This document shows positions 36,241-48,157 of a stretch of 64,000 nt of DNA, in pieces; within the stretch, counting starts at the first letter, position 1; each line of letters opens with the position of its first letter. Below the pieces are notes generated by a model, which saw only the letters and a program-made list of their open reading frames with translations, made no database searches and had not been told where the DNA came from. The translations under genes were made by a program, and so were the position numbers. Source of the DNA: Psammoneis japonica (lineage: Eukaryota); the NCBI GenBank assembly GCA_008632985.1, contig QPGO01000060.1, positions 372,001 to 436,000 on the forward strand, given 5' to 3'.

Positions 36241-36699
36241 TTTAATGCCTCCTCTGCGTTATTTGGGACACATAGCGTCAATGCGTTACATTCGAGCACC
36301 TCAACTCGTCTTATGGAAGAGCCCGTTGGCCACCAACCACTTCGACTATTTTTCAACGACTTTGTTTTTTTCTACGTGGGAACCAGCATTGTTTCTACGC
36401 AGGATCAAACCACGGCTACGAATCGACTTACGGCACTGCACCCTTCGATCCATCAAGGCTTTGCTGCTTTTTTTGCAGTGATTCATTGACAAGCATCCAT
36501 TCTGTTGATATTGGCTATTTTTTACTCCGTTGCCGGTGGTTGTTGATGCTCGTAAGCCTTACGAAGACTTGCCAGCCTTCATCCTCCGAATCGGACATCT
36601 TCTACGTGACCTCTAGTACAAGTTCTACGTGTTGATACTGTTTTATCCCGGCGAACCATGACGCTCTCTTACGGCACCAGTGATGACCTCTCCGGGATA

Positions 36700-38470
36700 G
36701 CTGATGATGATCCTGCCTCAGCCTTCCTCTCTCCTTCTTGTGAAATGTGCCAGCAGCTGTGGATGTGATTCTTGCCTGTCAATGCTCTCTGCAGACAAGC
36801 AGTCGGGAGCTCTTTTCTGTCACCCCATGGCGCCGGTAGATTCTTTCCAACTGGCTCTGGAGCTGACGAAACCAGAGAATTTTGAGCTGCCTGATTGTGA
36901 CAATGCTTGGAATGCGTTCTGTCTGCACACTTTCCTGTTTGCAAAGTTTTCAAGTCAGGATCCCAGGACGGTTCTAGAGGAGCTCTTGCCCTCTTGCTCT
37001 TTTGAGTCACTTCCTTGCCTCCGCTCGCATGTTGACCGGTGGCGGCATTTTCTGCTTGAACAGCTTGCCTCTCCCACTTCTGATCCCTTTGTCATCGATG
37101 TGGACATTGACAAAGCAGCTTCCAAGGTGGCGCATGAGTCCATTTTGCCTGTGCAGCCCCCTGAGCGATGCCCTGATGCGGGTTGCCCGTGCAGCCCTGC
37201 CGCATCTTGTCGATCTGGTTCTCTGCCACTGAGATCAATCAGGGCCTTTGCTTTCCCTTTGCATCCTTTTGATTGGGTTGACGGTTGTGTTTGCGATGCT
37301 CCTGCTTCTGGGAATGATGCTGACGTGTCTCTTTGTTTTGGAACAGACGCCACATTGGATCCTTCCAAACTCCCCGACGACGACCCATTTTCCCCTGGAT
37401 TGAAGTCTTTGCAGCTGCACCCCATTGCAAATGCTGTGTTGCCACTGCATTCCTTTGGTTGGATTGATGGACTTGGCTTTGAAGGTTCTTCCATTGCCCC
37501 AGCTGGCTTTTCTCTCAGGTTTGGTTCTGCTGCGACTTTGGATCCATCCAAGCTGCCCCACGACGACCCAAACGAGGATGCCCCGCACCCCGTCACATGG
37601 ATGACCAACCTCTCCTTGGATGTCTTGACCCTTTCTGATGATGACCCAAGCCGTCTTTCCTTGCCGTTTTGTTGTTCTGCTCCCTGGTTTGATGACCCAA
37701 TGTTGGATTTGTCGAAGCTGTCCAATGACAACCCTTGCTCTTCTTCTTCCAACTGGGGGAGGGTTTCTTGTGCTGCACTGCCTTGCAGCGGATTGTCCGG
37801 TGGACTGTGGCACGGCATTTGTGGATGTGTTTTTCTGATGACAGCATCATTTGCTCCATTTGTGCGGCTCTTCTTTTTTTGTGATCAAACCCATGCTTTG
37901 ATCAGGGGAGGGTGTTGGTGCACCGGAGCCAACACAATCAACGAGGTCTCAGACAAAGCAACTGTCCTTCCTTCCCCAACGTGCTTCACTGATTCAAGAT
38001 TGTCGACCAAATCTAGCACTGCTGACCACTGCTGGTTTGTCCGTCATCGTGACAACCGACCAAACAAGGAGAGGACCAACCAACAAGCTGCCATGGCCTG
38101 ACCTTTCATGGCACAAAGGCATTTTGGCAGTGTGCAAACAGAGAGATTTTTGGAAAGGTCCAACAAGCAGCACAGAGTGGCGAACATGCAAGCATTGCAA
38201 TTGACGAATGCCGTGATTTCCAACCAGAATTGTTGGCCCTTGCAGATGTGGGCAGGTTGCAGGCGAACAGACCAATCCACACTGGGGCTTCAAAACTGAG
38301 AGAAACTCTACTTGTCGAGAGACCGTTTCCTTTTGCAGTGCGGGGATCAAAGCTCAAGGTTGCTGGTTCATGTTCTGACTGGCGCAGAGTGAAGACGAAG
38401 ATGGGGAGACCTTTCATCCACTGAGATTCTTGGTGCCCCCACGGGCCTGTGCTACAGAGATGGTGCATTG
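36700..38470. other. Hypermutated block 3: chimeric repeat relic with a Tyr-free ORF (36704-38101) and a captured gene fragment
   Basis: TA is nearly absent while CG is partly retained. The ORF has LDPSKLPxDDP-like internal repeats and includes the NCA2 fragment. Confidence 0.75.
37937..38033. repeat. 97-bp mutated copy of NCA2-like coding sequence (21970-22066)
   Basis: Ungapped alignment with 6 differences, 4 of them TA to CA or TG. Confidence 0.95.
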
Positions 38471-38544
38471 CCATCTAAGCAATCCGTGTTTGACTATCAT
38501 CGCCCAAGGCAGGAAACTTGTAAAAGAAGGATGGCAGTGCTTAA

Positions 38545-39057
38545 GGATGGATCGTTGTTTAGCGGTCGATTTTATTTAGAGCTCGTAAATATTTAAAAAT
38601 AACCCGGATTTGTCGTACTAATAATGCGCGCGTTCGCCAAAAAAAAAATCAGCGATAGGTCGAACTTTGTCTGTTTGTAAGACAACATAGAATGCACATA
38701 TGACGATTGCGACCATGGGCGATGTGTAGCTTAACGACTGTAGATATGTCTATAGCCGGTCAAACGCCAATTATCGGCATTTCCTGGAAAGTTGTGGCTT
38801 ATCTACCGTAACAGTCCGATTTTGGCGGAAAATGGCGATTTATCGCATATAACAACCGAGGCAAGTACGATAATTGGCGTTTGAAGGTGAATATGTGTAG
38901 TTCACATAAAGGTCTAACAGCCCTGATGGGGGCTGGACACACTCATAATATGTGTTTAGGGGTGCTCAGAGGCTTCGCAAAATAACACGGGAGAAGTACG
39001 GGGAAATTCGAAAATCACGAGCTATTTAAAAAAATAGTGCTAAACATCGATCCAGCC
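38545..39057. mobile_element. 513-bp non-autonomous TIR element with TTAA TSD (Kolobok-like ends)
   Basis: TTAA-GGATGGATCGTTGTTTAGC on the left; reverse complement of the right end TTAA-GGCTGGATCGATGTTTAGC. Internal exact 17-bp inverted repeat at 38760-38776 / 38868-38884. Confidence 0.8.
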
Positions 39058-39628
39058 TTAATCCTTTTTCGCTACAACAAGGAAGGGATGGGTTTTGTTT
39101 CGGCGTTCGAGGCGGCTGATTCACACAGTTGGAATTGTGCAATCGTAATTCAGTTAGTCGCCACTACACCCCAGCTATCCAGTATCAAGATGCTGAAAAC
39201 CCACAGTAGCAACATAGGTCTAGCTAGTGCGCATCATTTTTGCGAGAACTCGTGCACGCTACCCGTAGCACGTTGTCCGATCAATTTGAAATTGATTTTC
39301 TCATACACAAGCGAGACTTCCAATTTGCACGATGCTAAAGAAAGCAAAACAGTCATGAATACCTACTTCGATAGAAGAAATCGCTCCACCCGTTATTTCT
39401 TTGGTTTGTCTGCGCAAGAAACAATCGGGAGTGACCAATCCCGAGTTTCCACAATTTTGTCAACCCAAGGGCAAGCATCGCATTCCTTTCGAATATGAGT
39501 GCGTGAAGCTTCAGGGCACAGGATAGCAAACGAGCATAGCTGAACGAAAAAGAATCGAAGTAAAGCCTTGCAATGCCGGTAGCCCACTAATTTAGCAATC
39601 TCTAAAAAGCGCACGCAAACATTTCCTT

Positions 39629-42216
39629 TTAATCCATGTACTCCATTTGCATTCGAAGAGCCACTTCGTGATCGGCCGCTTCCTGCTCCTGCGCGGATCT
39701 TGCTCCCACAGAATATGTACTGTCCTTGCCGGTGGTGACAAGAGTGAGGGCAGATATCCACCGATCATACTCCTCACAATCTTCAGCCGCAGCATGAAAG
39801 ACGGGGGCATGCAAATCTTGTGGGTTCGAACGAAGCACAAAGACAAACGGTCGCTTTGGAAATTCAATGCTTGGAGACACCGTAGACAGGCCGGTCGTGA
39901 TGTAGCCAACAGTTCCCTTCACCTTTTCCTTTGGCTTTTCACTGTAAGACATTTGGTAGTTACCATTGCTTCCGTGAAGAATGAAATACCTCTTCTTCCA
40001 TGCACCTTTTAGAATATTCTTGTCACGTTTTAGCAACCAGCCAGAAATTACATGCTGCGAGTCAAGCGCAACGATCGAGTTCTGCTTCACGGGCGATTTC
40101 TTGTTGCGAAAGCTCCGATGGTGGTGCAGTGGTGGTGATGGGAATGGTGTGGCGTGACTACTGCTTAGCGAATGTGTCGATGGTGAATATGTCTCTGTCA
40201 CTACTGACCTTGTTTGCTCCGGAGTTGCAACAGCATGGGTGGGAACAGGTGTTGCATAAACTACTGGGTCATCATTCGTCGCGGAAAGGCCCGGACTACT
40301 CTCCATTTTGGTCAACTGACGGACCACCTGCTCATCGGCCTCCTGAAGATTGCTAGTAAGCGTTCTGTGTCGCTCGTGCACTCCCTCATGTTCCTCTTCA
40401 ACCATTTCAAAAGCTGCGTAAAGCGAAGAAAGCTGCTGCTCCAAATCCATAATTCGTTGGTCCTGTACTTGAAAGCGACTCTTGTATTGGTCGTTGAGCA
40501 ACTTCACCTCGTTTTCTCTCGCGTGAGTCTGTTGCTCCAAAGATTGGCTCTGTCCCGTTCCAGCTGCGTTTCGAGCCGCGCTTGTCGGACCTCCGTTTCG
40601 TGTGCTTCCTTGTCAACGCTGTCGGTTTGTCCTCTTACAACTAGCTGCTGCTGTGAAAGACTCCATTGAGATTGCGCTTCATTGTTCTCCTTGACTACCA
40701 AGGCTTCTCGTGTCAATTCGTCCAGCTTCTTCTTTTGTTGATCACACGTATGTTGAAGCTTTGTCGATTTAGACTTCTCCTCACACAAGTCTTGGTACAA
40801 TTCGTGAATCTCTCCTCGCAACGTCTCTGCTACTTCTTCGAGTTCTCCAACACGCAACTGCATATTCGCCATGGCCTTGTCTGTAGCTTCCTTTTCAAAT
40901 GAATCTTTGCTCTTTTTGGAACTAGCAAGAGTGGAAGCTTCAAGTCGTGACCGTAGAATAGCAACTTGGTTTCGCAGCTCGGCGTGGGCCTCATCCTCAC
41001 AGGCAATATGCAACGCCCTTCTCAAGTCATCGACGGATATACCCTTGAGCTCTGCCAGAATGCGTAGTTGTCGTTCCAGTCGATCAATCTCATTATTCTG
41101 TGCCTCGTTTGTGGCCTGCAACAATCGCAATTGTTTCGAGAGTTCTGATAAACCCGTATTCCTACGAGAGGCCAAAACAGGGGTTATCGGCGTTGCAGGA
41201 GTATTGGCGCTAATCCCTGGAGAAACGGGAGTGGATGTTGAAAACGAGCTGTTTACACCTCTCCCGTCCTTTTCAGTGCTGGGTGTTGAAGGTGTTGAGT
41301 CGAGATGTTTGACTTGGAGCCCTGGTGAAGCGGGCTTGGGCTCCGACAAAGAGCTGTTTACACTCTGTCTCTCGACCTTTGTAGAACTTGGTGTTGATGG
41401 CGTCGATTCGGGAGTTACCACGGCGGCAGGTGAAGTCGCCGCTTGTGTCTTGACTGTGGGCTTGGGTTTGAGGGAATCATCATCGTCTCGGGTAGGTGAT
41501 AAGTTTTTTGGTGCCTGTTTGTGATCATTATTAGTAGATAACAAAGTCGAATCAGTCGCCGCGACTGCTTCTGCCTCAGGTATCGGAGTAATTTGAGAAG
41601 CCGTGTGTTGCTTCGACGCATCTGCCTTTTCTGGTTCTGGTTTGACTTTCTCCTTTGTTTTCGGTTCTGACTCGACTTTCTGCTCATTGACATTACTGTT
41701 ATTTGCTGTAGCTGTGGCGGCGAACCCTCCACTTTTCTGTTTAGCCAGTTGCTCGCGACATTTTTTCAAGTCTCGCTGAGCTACTGTATTGTCTGGGCTT
41801 TTCTGCAAGGTCTTCTCATAAGCCTCTATTGCTGGCTCCCATTGTTTCAAGGCATGGTGCGCAGCTGCTAACCTAGCATACCCACGTGCAGATTTGTTGT
41901 CCAGCAAAATACAGATTTTGGCATCCTCGAGTGCCTTTTGAGGCTGACCCATTTGCATAAAGGCCGCACTACGATTCGACAAAATGAGGGGGTTGTTTGG
42001 ATCGACCGACAAGGCCAACGTGTACTCCTTGGAGGCCTGTTCGTAATTGCTGCAACGAAATTCGGAATCACCACGACGCTTATGTTGATCTCGTTTGGCT
42101 TGAGCACCTTTTGATATCGATGCTCTTGAGGATTCACTGTTGGCAGAAACTGTCGGTGCGCTTGACATCTTTTGCTGCTGATTCGTGCTCGCGGTTGGGG
42201 TGCGTTCCGCCATCAT
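39629..42216 (-). CDS. TPR + coiled-coil + PH domain protein; one 1-nt frameshift near 40540
   Basis: STI1/SGT-type TPRs (YTLALSVDPNNPLILSNRSAAF..GYARLAAA), a coiled coil, and a PH domain (ISGWLLKRDK...WKKRYFIL...YDRWISAL). The paralog at 59-61 kb shows ERDRAKLLE continuous across the shift. Confidence 0.85.
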
Positions 42217-42616
42217 GATTGAAACAAATAACCTATGTGAAAACCCTAAGTACAAAGAGAAGCGGTCGACGGAAGATGAAACAAGGGGAAAGCGACGAAG
42301 TGAGAGCTGAGTTTGGATACACCCTCTGTTTTTCACCGGCTCTCATCGTCAGCTCTTCTTTCAAGCTGTCAGCTCCGCTTCGCGCGAACGCTCTCTGCGA
42401 AATTTTCCAAAATTTGAGTCCCGTTTCGCATCGATTCGCATGACGATGCGTTCGCGCCTCGCACTTCGCGGTGTTTCGCGGTCCGGACACACAATACTGT
42501 AGCTTCTGCGAAGGATGAGTCAGATACAATTCAGCATTCTGTACAAAATAGTTACAGATCTATAGTCTTAGTTAGATCCTTCTTTAAAAAAGTGGCTGGT
42601 AGTGTGTAATGGTAGC

Positions 42617-43840
42617 TTAGTCCTTCTTGGACATGTTCACAGAAGACATGCGACGACGAGTCTCGAATCGCTGGCGGGCAGCAACAGTCGCACGACGGTA
42701 GGCGTCGACACCAGATTTGACCTCGACTCCCTTCATGCTGTTCTGTCTCAACAAAGCACGATCCGCGCGAATGTCTTCGTCAATTTTAGACAAGGTGGAG
42801 TGACGCTGAATAGTCAGCATGGGTTGGATTGCCACAGTCTTGGAGTGAGCAAGGGGTGGCCTGTTGAGAATGGCGGAGAGATCCTTCTCTTCAACCTCAT
42901 CATCCTCATGGGCAGTATCCCTTCGGGCGCGCTTCTTCTCGCCGGTTCCAAGCACCTTGGCTTTGGCATTGGCCCAGTAGACGTTCTTGACAAGATGCCA
43001 GAGGAAGAAGGTGCGTGCCTCTTCTTCGATGACTTCCTCTTCGTCGGTTTCACTGGTAAAGGCCACGCTGTTGATAAAGTTTTCGGTGGCCCAGCCAACG
43101 TACTGAGCGTGGATCTGGAAGACCAGGCGCAGCAGAAGCGAGAGTGGAGGGATGTTACCGTGAAAGTACTCGCCCGTGTGGTAGCACTCGACGCGACCAT
43201 CTGGGAGAGTTTGGAAACCAAAGTTTGTCACCTACAAATAATCAAAGAAACCAGAGGATTAGCAAGACAAGCCTCCAAACCTATAGGATCAGCAAAAGGG
43301 AGAGTGACAGTCACTAAAACGTACCATGTCCCACATCTTTTTCTCGTAAAAGACATCCTTAAAGCGCTCACGCTTGTTGAACCAAAGAGTGCGATCGTTT
43401 TCTGAATCAAACTCATCAGAGAAGACCATTGACACTTGAAGAGTACCAGGAAGGCCTTGGGTATGAACTGTGCCCTCTTCGTCAAACGTACCACCTCGCA
43501 TCATGATTTGACCAACGATGGGCATGACGCAAAATAGCTCCATGAATTCTTCGCCACCGTAGAAACTGGCGATATCATCAGGATCCTTATCAGTGATGAA
43601 GCGATATTCATAGAAATCAGAAGTATTACCATACATGGCTTGGAGAGCAGTGGTAGCGACAATGCCGCTGCCCAACGCCCACTTCCATTTCGATTGGCTC
43701 CCTTGCAGAGCTCCTGGAAGGGGAAGACTTGAGAAAAAACGTGACGATGTTGCCGTCTTGGTCGCAAGACATTCTGTGGTAGCCTTGATAGCTGTCTTGG
43801 GGAGGCGAGACGACGCCACTCGGGAGAGCGAGGAGATCAT
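42617..43840 (-). CDS. Uncharacterised protein with a mitochondrial-type presequence; two exons, intron 43232-43324
   Basis: S/R/T-rich N-terminus (MISSLSRVASSRLPK..RFFSS). A GTACGT...TTTGTAG intron joins WDM|VTNFGF in frame. Confidence 0.75.
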
Positions 43841-44488
43841 GGTGTGAAAGCAATTTTGTCGATTTTGTGAGGATCACGTTTGGAAGGCATTTTCATTTTC
43901 ATTGGCGGTTGGGTGACGTCAGCACAGCACGTTCGCGGAAGGGGAACCGTGTGGTACTTTCACACGTCAGAGTGACGTCAACGTAACGTTTTATATTTTT
44001 CGACGACGTGGCTTGGTCAGTCCTACGTCCGTCTTTAGTCGCTTCCTTTTCTTGGTCTTTTCGATGATTTGAGATTCGAGAACATGATGTAACATGCAAC
44101 AGTGGATAAAAAATAAGGTCTACTCTAGAGTAGAGAGTTTCCAGAACATAAGATAGACAGTGTTCAAATGAAAGTTAATTACTGTAGTACGAGGTGATCC
44201 TTTCTTCTGCGAGAACGTCGTTCCCGACGTGTGTATGGTTGCATTCTTATCCCATGCCTCTGACATTGGATACCCACCAAAAAATGTGAATTGTATAAAG
44301 TGAAGAGTTGATTTATGAAAGGTAACATGATCCCCGCTGGACATTATTAGTCCATGTTGGCAGTGGCCTTGATCTCGTTGCAGTCAGCCACACTGTATGA
44401 ATTCAGAACGGCAACCCTTCAAAGATGTTGCGAATCTGCCGTTGGCGTCCCCAAGGCGACGACGAGTTTGTCGATTGAACATGCCCCG

Positions 44489-47400
44489 CTATATATGAAA
44501 CGCAGCACGGGCGACAATATTACAGACGATAGCAGCCTTGCTACCGAATGACTTCAATCTACTCTGTTCGTTGGACTCGGCATCTTCGTTCTTCTCGGAG
44601 TTTGAGGCGTTTTCATCGTTCTCAAACGAGCTGGAATCCTCTATATCATGCGTCTCGGATGATTTGGATTTCAAAGATGCCAAACGACCAACTAATCGCT
44701 TCCGAGAACCTCTATCAAGAGTTACAGATCCAGTGTCTGACCGAGGGGAGCGTGGAGCGCGGGCATCACTTCCATTCAACACCTGTTTAGAATTTTCAAC
44801 TGGATCCAACTTGCGTGATATCATTCTCAATGATTCCAAGCTTTCAGCCCGGGCGCTCTTTATTTTCTCGGAACCAAGGTTGAGTTGGCTATCAGGTCTT
44901 AGAGAATGGCCTGTTTCCCCACGTAATCTCTCGTTTGGATTTCTCATCATACCTGCACCAAACGGAGTATCTTTCGTCTCATCTCTTTGATCAGTCTCGC
45001 TATTGAGCATTCCTCCTCCGAGCGCACCTGGCTGGGATGGAAACTGCGTCACTCCCTCTGCCTTTTTAAGATCAGGCAGGCCAGTTGCTTTTTCTTTTGC
45101 TAGGTTTAGCGTGTCCTTTGCGGGATCGATGGAGGAAAACGAGCTCGGAAACGAGGTGGCCGACTCCTCTCCTCCTTCAGTCTCGCCAGAGCCGGAAAGT
45201 CGCGACTCGGCCGTCTTTTGAAACATACCTCCGCCAAGTGCACCTGGCTGGGATGGAAACTGCTTCACCCCTTCTGCCTTTTTGAGTCCAGGGAAGCTAC
45301 TTGACTTTTCCTTTGCTACCTTCATCGCATTCTTTGCAGGATGATCGCTCGAGGAAAACGAACTCGGAAATGAAGTGGTCGATTTCTCTCCTTTTTCGGT
45401 AGCGCCGGAAAGTTGTGACTCAGTCGTCTTTTGAAACATGCCACCACCCAGCGCACCTGGGTTGTCCGACGCGCTAGCCTTCGGTTCTGACTTTCCGTTC
45501 TTATCAAACGTTTGAATCGGCTTCTTCAGCATGTTACTACCGAATGTACTTGGCTTCTGCGTAAACGAGATCAGTGGCTCTGTCTTCCCGTTCTTAACCG
45601 GTGTCTCGAAAGGATTCTTTTGCGTACTACTTGGGAAAGAACTTGGCTTGTTCTCAATGGAGCTCAATGGCTGAGTCTTCCCGTTCAAAGCCGGTGACTC
45701 AAACGGACTCTTCGACATGCTACTCCCGAAGGAACCTGGCTTTGACGGCTGAGTCGTTCCTGACTCAAATGACATCTTTTGCGCACTGCTAGGACCGAGT
45801 GAGCCTGATCCATCTTTTGTCGAATTCAACGGATCCGTCTTCCCGTTCGCACTTGTTGAATCAAACGGGCTCTTCAGAGTATTTCCGCCGAACGAACCTT
45901 GCTTTAGAGGTTGTTTTTCCCCGCCAGCGTTCGATGCTCCACTATTAAATGCGCCCGGTATGCCAGTCCCTAACTCCCCTGGTTTGGCCTTTTCGTTCCG
46001 TAATGATACATCCGGTGTCTCGATCGATTTATTATTCAACATCTCCCCATTGAGAGCACCTGGCTGATTTGTCGGTGAAGGAAAAGGTGCGGCTTTCCCG
46101 GTCGTAGCGGATGGAAAGCTCGGATTTCTAGCTCTTCCAACATTCGTTGAACTCAGTGGATCTAAAGACCCATTCCGATTTTCCTTTCCTATGGTCGCCA
46201 CAGGAGACCCGGTCGTTTGCAGTGGTATTCCACCACCTGCTTGATTTTGCATTGCAGTGGGATTTGTTGGCCGTATGGTACTTGACGGTTGCGAGTTCTT
46301 AGGTATTCCTCCACCTGCTTGATTCTGCATTCTAGACGGAGGCGATTTCTGTACGGGGTTGGGCGATTGCGCGTTGTTCGATATTCCGCCGCCGGTTTGA
46401 TTCTGCATTGCACTCGGAGGCGCTCCAGTATTCGGCGCTTGGGCGCTGTTTGGTAATCCACTAAAAGATCGATTTTGCGTTTCTTTTGGAGGCGTCGTCG
46501 CTCCAGTATTAGGCGATTGCGTGTTGCTCGGCATTCCAGTGCCTGCTTGACTTTGCATTGCGGTTAGAGGTGTTGTCTGCACGGCATTAGACGATTGCGC
46601 ATTGTTCGGAATTCCACCACCAGGTTGATTCTGTATGGCGGATGGTGGCGTCGCCACTCCCGCATTAGGTAGTTGTGCGCTATTTGGTATTCCGCCGCCA
46701 ACCTGATTTGGAATTCCAGACGGAGGCCGTTTCTCTTCGGGTTCACCAGGCAATCGGGCGTTAAACTTTTCAAAAGGATTTCTCGGTTTAGGCGGAGGCT
46801 GTGCTGGATTGGAAGTCTGACTTTGAGACGGAAGACCTGGCTGCATATTATTCGGTTGTTGCTGCGCCATGGTCTTTACAGCGTGCTCTGTCATTTGTGT
46901 GGCCATTTCCTTTGCCATTTTCATCATCATTTCCATATCAACATCATTCCTCTCCTTTCCCAGCTGTGAAGGAATAGGAGGGGGCGGTGGCTTCGGCGGT
47001 GCCTTCTTTACTGGTTGTTTCGCTATCATTGCTGCTTCTCTTGCCTTTTTCATCCCCATTTTAACGGCATAAATCTTTGCTTCTTTGGAAGGACCAAGCC
47101 TCCTTGCTTTTTCCTCCGCAAGTCTCGATGCTAGTGCCGCGGCTACCTTTACGATATCATCTTCGGTAGACATTGGAGTGGGCTTCCCAATCATAGCCTC
47201 ATCCGAAACGGCTTTTGCCGCTACTGCAATCTGCTCCTTGGGACTGAGCTTTTGAAATTCAACATCCTGGGCCATTTTATCCATGTACTGGAGCGCTTTC
47301 AGTACTTCTTCGTCTTCGTCCCTGACCGCTTCAACAGTGATTGCCTCTGATATGAGTGACGCTTCAGGTGACAACGCCGGTGGCTTTTTGTAATCTGCAT

Positions 47401-48157
47401 ACTTATTTCCTCCCTTTGAGATTGACCACCACGGGATTTCTTCCTCATCAGCAGTAAACAAACCTGCTCCCAAACCGCCGAAAGAATGTTTCGGTGGGGG
47501 CAAATTGCCTGATTCCTGTCTAGGAGGGGGCAACCCTGTTGGTATCACGGGCGGCTTCGAGGATGAGGTGGTAAAGACCGGTGTACTTGTTGCAGACTGT
47601 GTCCGTTGTTGTGGATAATTCGCCCCTTGGATCGGATGAACGGCTTCACCGGATTGAATATCTTCGCTCGTGCCCCCCTTTGCGATGAAATCTCGATCCT
47701 CTGCCGATTTCGTATGCCAATTCTTATCTGCCCCACCCGGTTTAGCCCATGATGGCATCCTGTATTTTACACCACCATAGTCCTTTGGCTCGTCCAGATC
47801 GGGAACACTTTGTTCCTCACCTCCATAAAATTGATCTCCACCTCCATAAAATTCTTCGGAAGCAGTATTTTGATCCCCCATGTTGCTGCTAATGTGATCC
47901 CCCATATCACTACTTTGCCCCTCCTGAGCCCATGCAGCATTACTATATAATGATTCAAACGAGGTGCTTTGGCTCTGATCGGCTCCTGCGTAATTCTCCG
48001 GATCTTCCTGATTGTTTGTGGAAAGCGAATCAGCGAAATTCGAGATGAAGCATCGCGTCCAGAATCTGCTCAATTTCCCTGCCGGCACAAAAGCATCTGA
48101 TGACTGTGATGAATAAGTCATCAGCATTACTGAGAGTGCATATGACCACCGACCCAT
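44489..48157 (-). CDS. Probable plastid-targeted, intrinsically disordered repeat protein (1222 aa)
   Basis: Signal peptide plus SDAFVP (ASAFAP-like); P/S/G/N/Q-rich; repeats QNQxGGGI, PFE...NGKTxPL and PGALGGGM. Confidence 0.8.
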   Translation of the reverse strand: MGRWSYALSVMLMTYSSQSSDAFVPAGKLSRFWTRCFISNFADSLSTNNQEDPENYAGADQSQSTSFESLYSNAAWAQEGQSSDMGDHISSNMGDQNTASEEFYGGGDQFYGGEEQSVPDLDEPKDYGGVKYRMPSWAKPGGADKNWHTKSAEDRDFIAKGGTSEDIQSGEAVHPIQGANYPQQRTQSATSTPVFTTSSSKPPVIPTGLPPPRQESGNLPPPKHSFGGLGAGLFTADEEEIPWWSISKGGNKYADYKKPPALSPEASLISEAITVEAVRDEDEEVLKALQYMDKMAQDVEFQKLSPKEQIAVAAKAVSDEAMIGKPTPMSTEDDIVKVAAALASRLAEEKARRLGPSKEAKIYAVKMGMKKAREAAMIAKQPVKKAPPKPPPPPIPSQLGKERNDVDMEMMMKMAKEMATQMTEHAVKTMAQQQPNNMQPGLPSQSQTSNPAQPPPKPRNPFEKFNARLPGEPEEKRPPSGIPNQVGGGIPNSAQLPNAGVATPPSAIQNQPGGGIPNNAQSSNAVQTTPLTAMQSQAGTGMPSNTQSPNTGATTPPKETQNRSFSGLPNSAQAPNTGAPPSAMQNQTGGGISNNAQSPNPVQKSPPSRMQNQAGGGIPKNSQPSSTIRPTNPTAMQNQAGGGIPLQTTGSPVATIGKENRNGSLDPLSSTNVGRARNPSFPSATTGKAAPFPSPTNQPGALNGEMLNNKSIETPDVSLRNEKAKPGELGTGIPGAFNSGASNAGGEKQPLKQGSFGGNTLKSPFDSTSANGKTDPLNSTKDGSGSLGPSSAQKMSFESGTTQPSKPGSFGSSMSKSPFESPALNGKTQPLSSIENKPSSFPSSTQKNPFETPVKNGKTEPLISFTQKPSTFGSNMLKKPIQTFDKNGKSEPKASASDNPGALGGGMFQKTTESQLSGATEKGEKSTTSFPSSFSSSDHPAKNAMKVAKEKSSSFPGLKKAEGVKQFPSQPGALGGGMFQKTAESRLSGSGETEGGEESATSFPSSFSSIDPAKDTLNLAKEKATGLPDLKKAEGVTQFPSQPGALGGGMLNSETDQRDETKDTPFGAGMMRNPNERLRGETGHSLRPDSQLNLGSEKIKSARAESLESLRMISRKLDPVENSKQVLNGSDARAPRSPRSDTGSVTLDRGSRKRLVGRLASLKSKSSETHDIEDSSSFENDENASNSEKNEDAESNEQSRLKSFGSKAAIVCNIVARAAFHI

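Noticed and set aside
37904..38470. Complete LTR element in block 3
   Set aside because: A PPT-TG-like junction is present, but I could not find a matching second LTR or pol motifs.
40535..40545. Programmed ribosomal frameshift in the TPR-PH gene
   Set aside because: No canonical slippery heptamer; a 1-nt homopolymer deletion explains it, and the paralog is continuous at this site.
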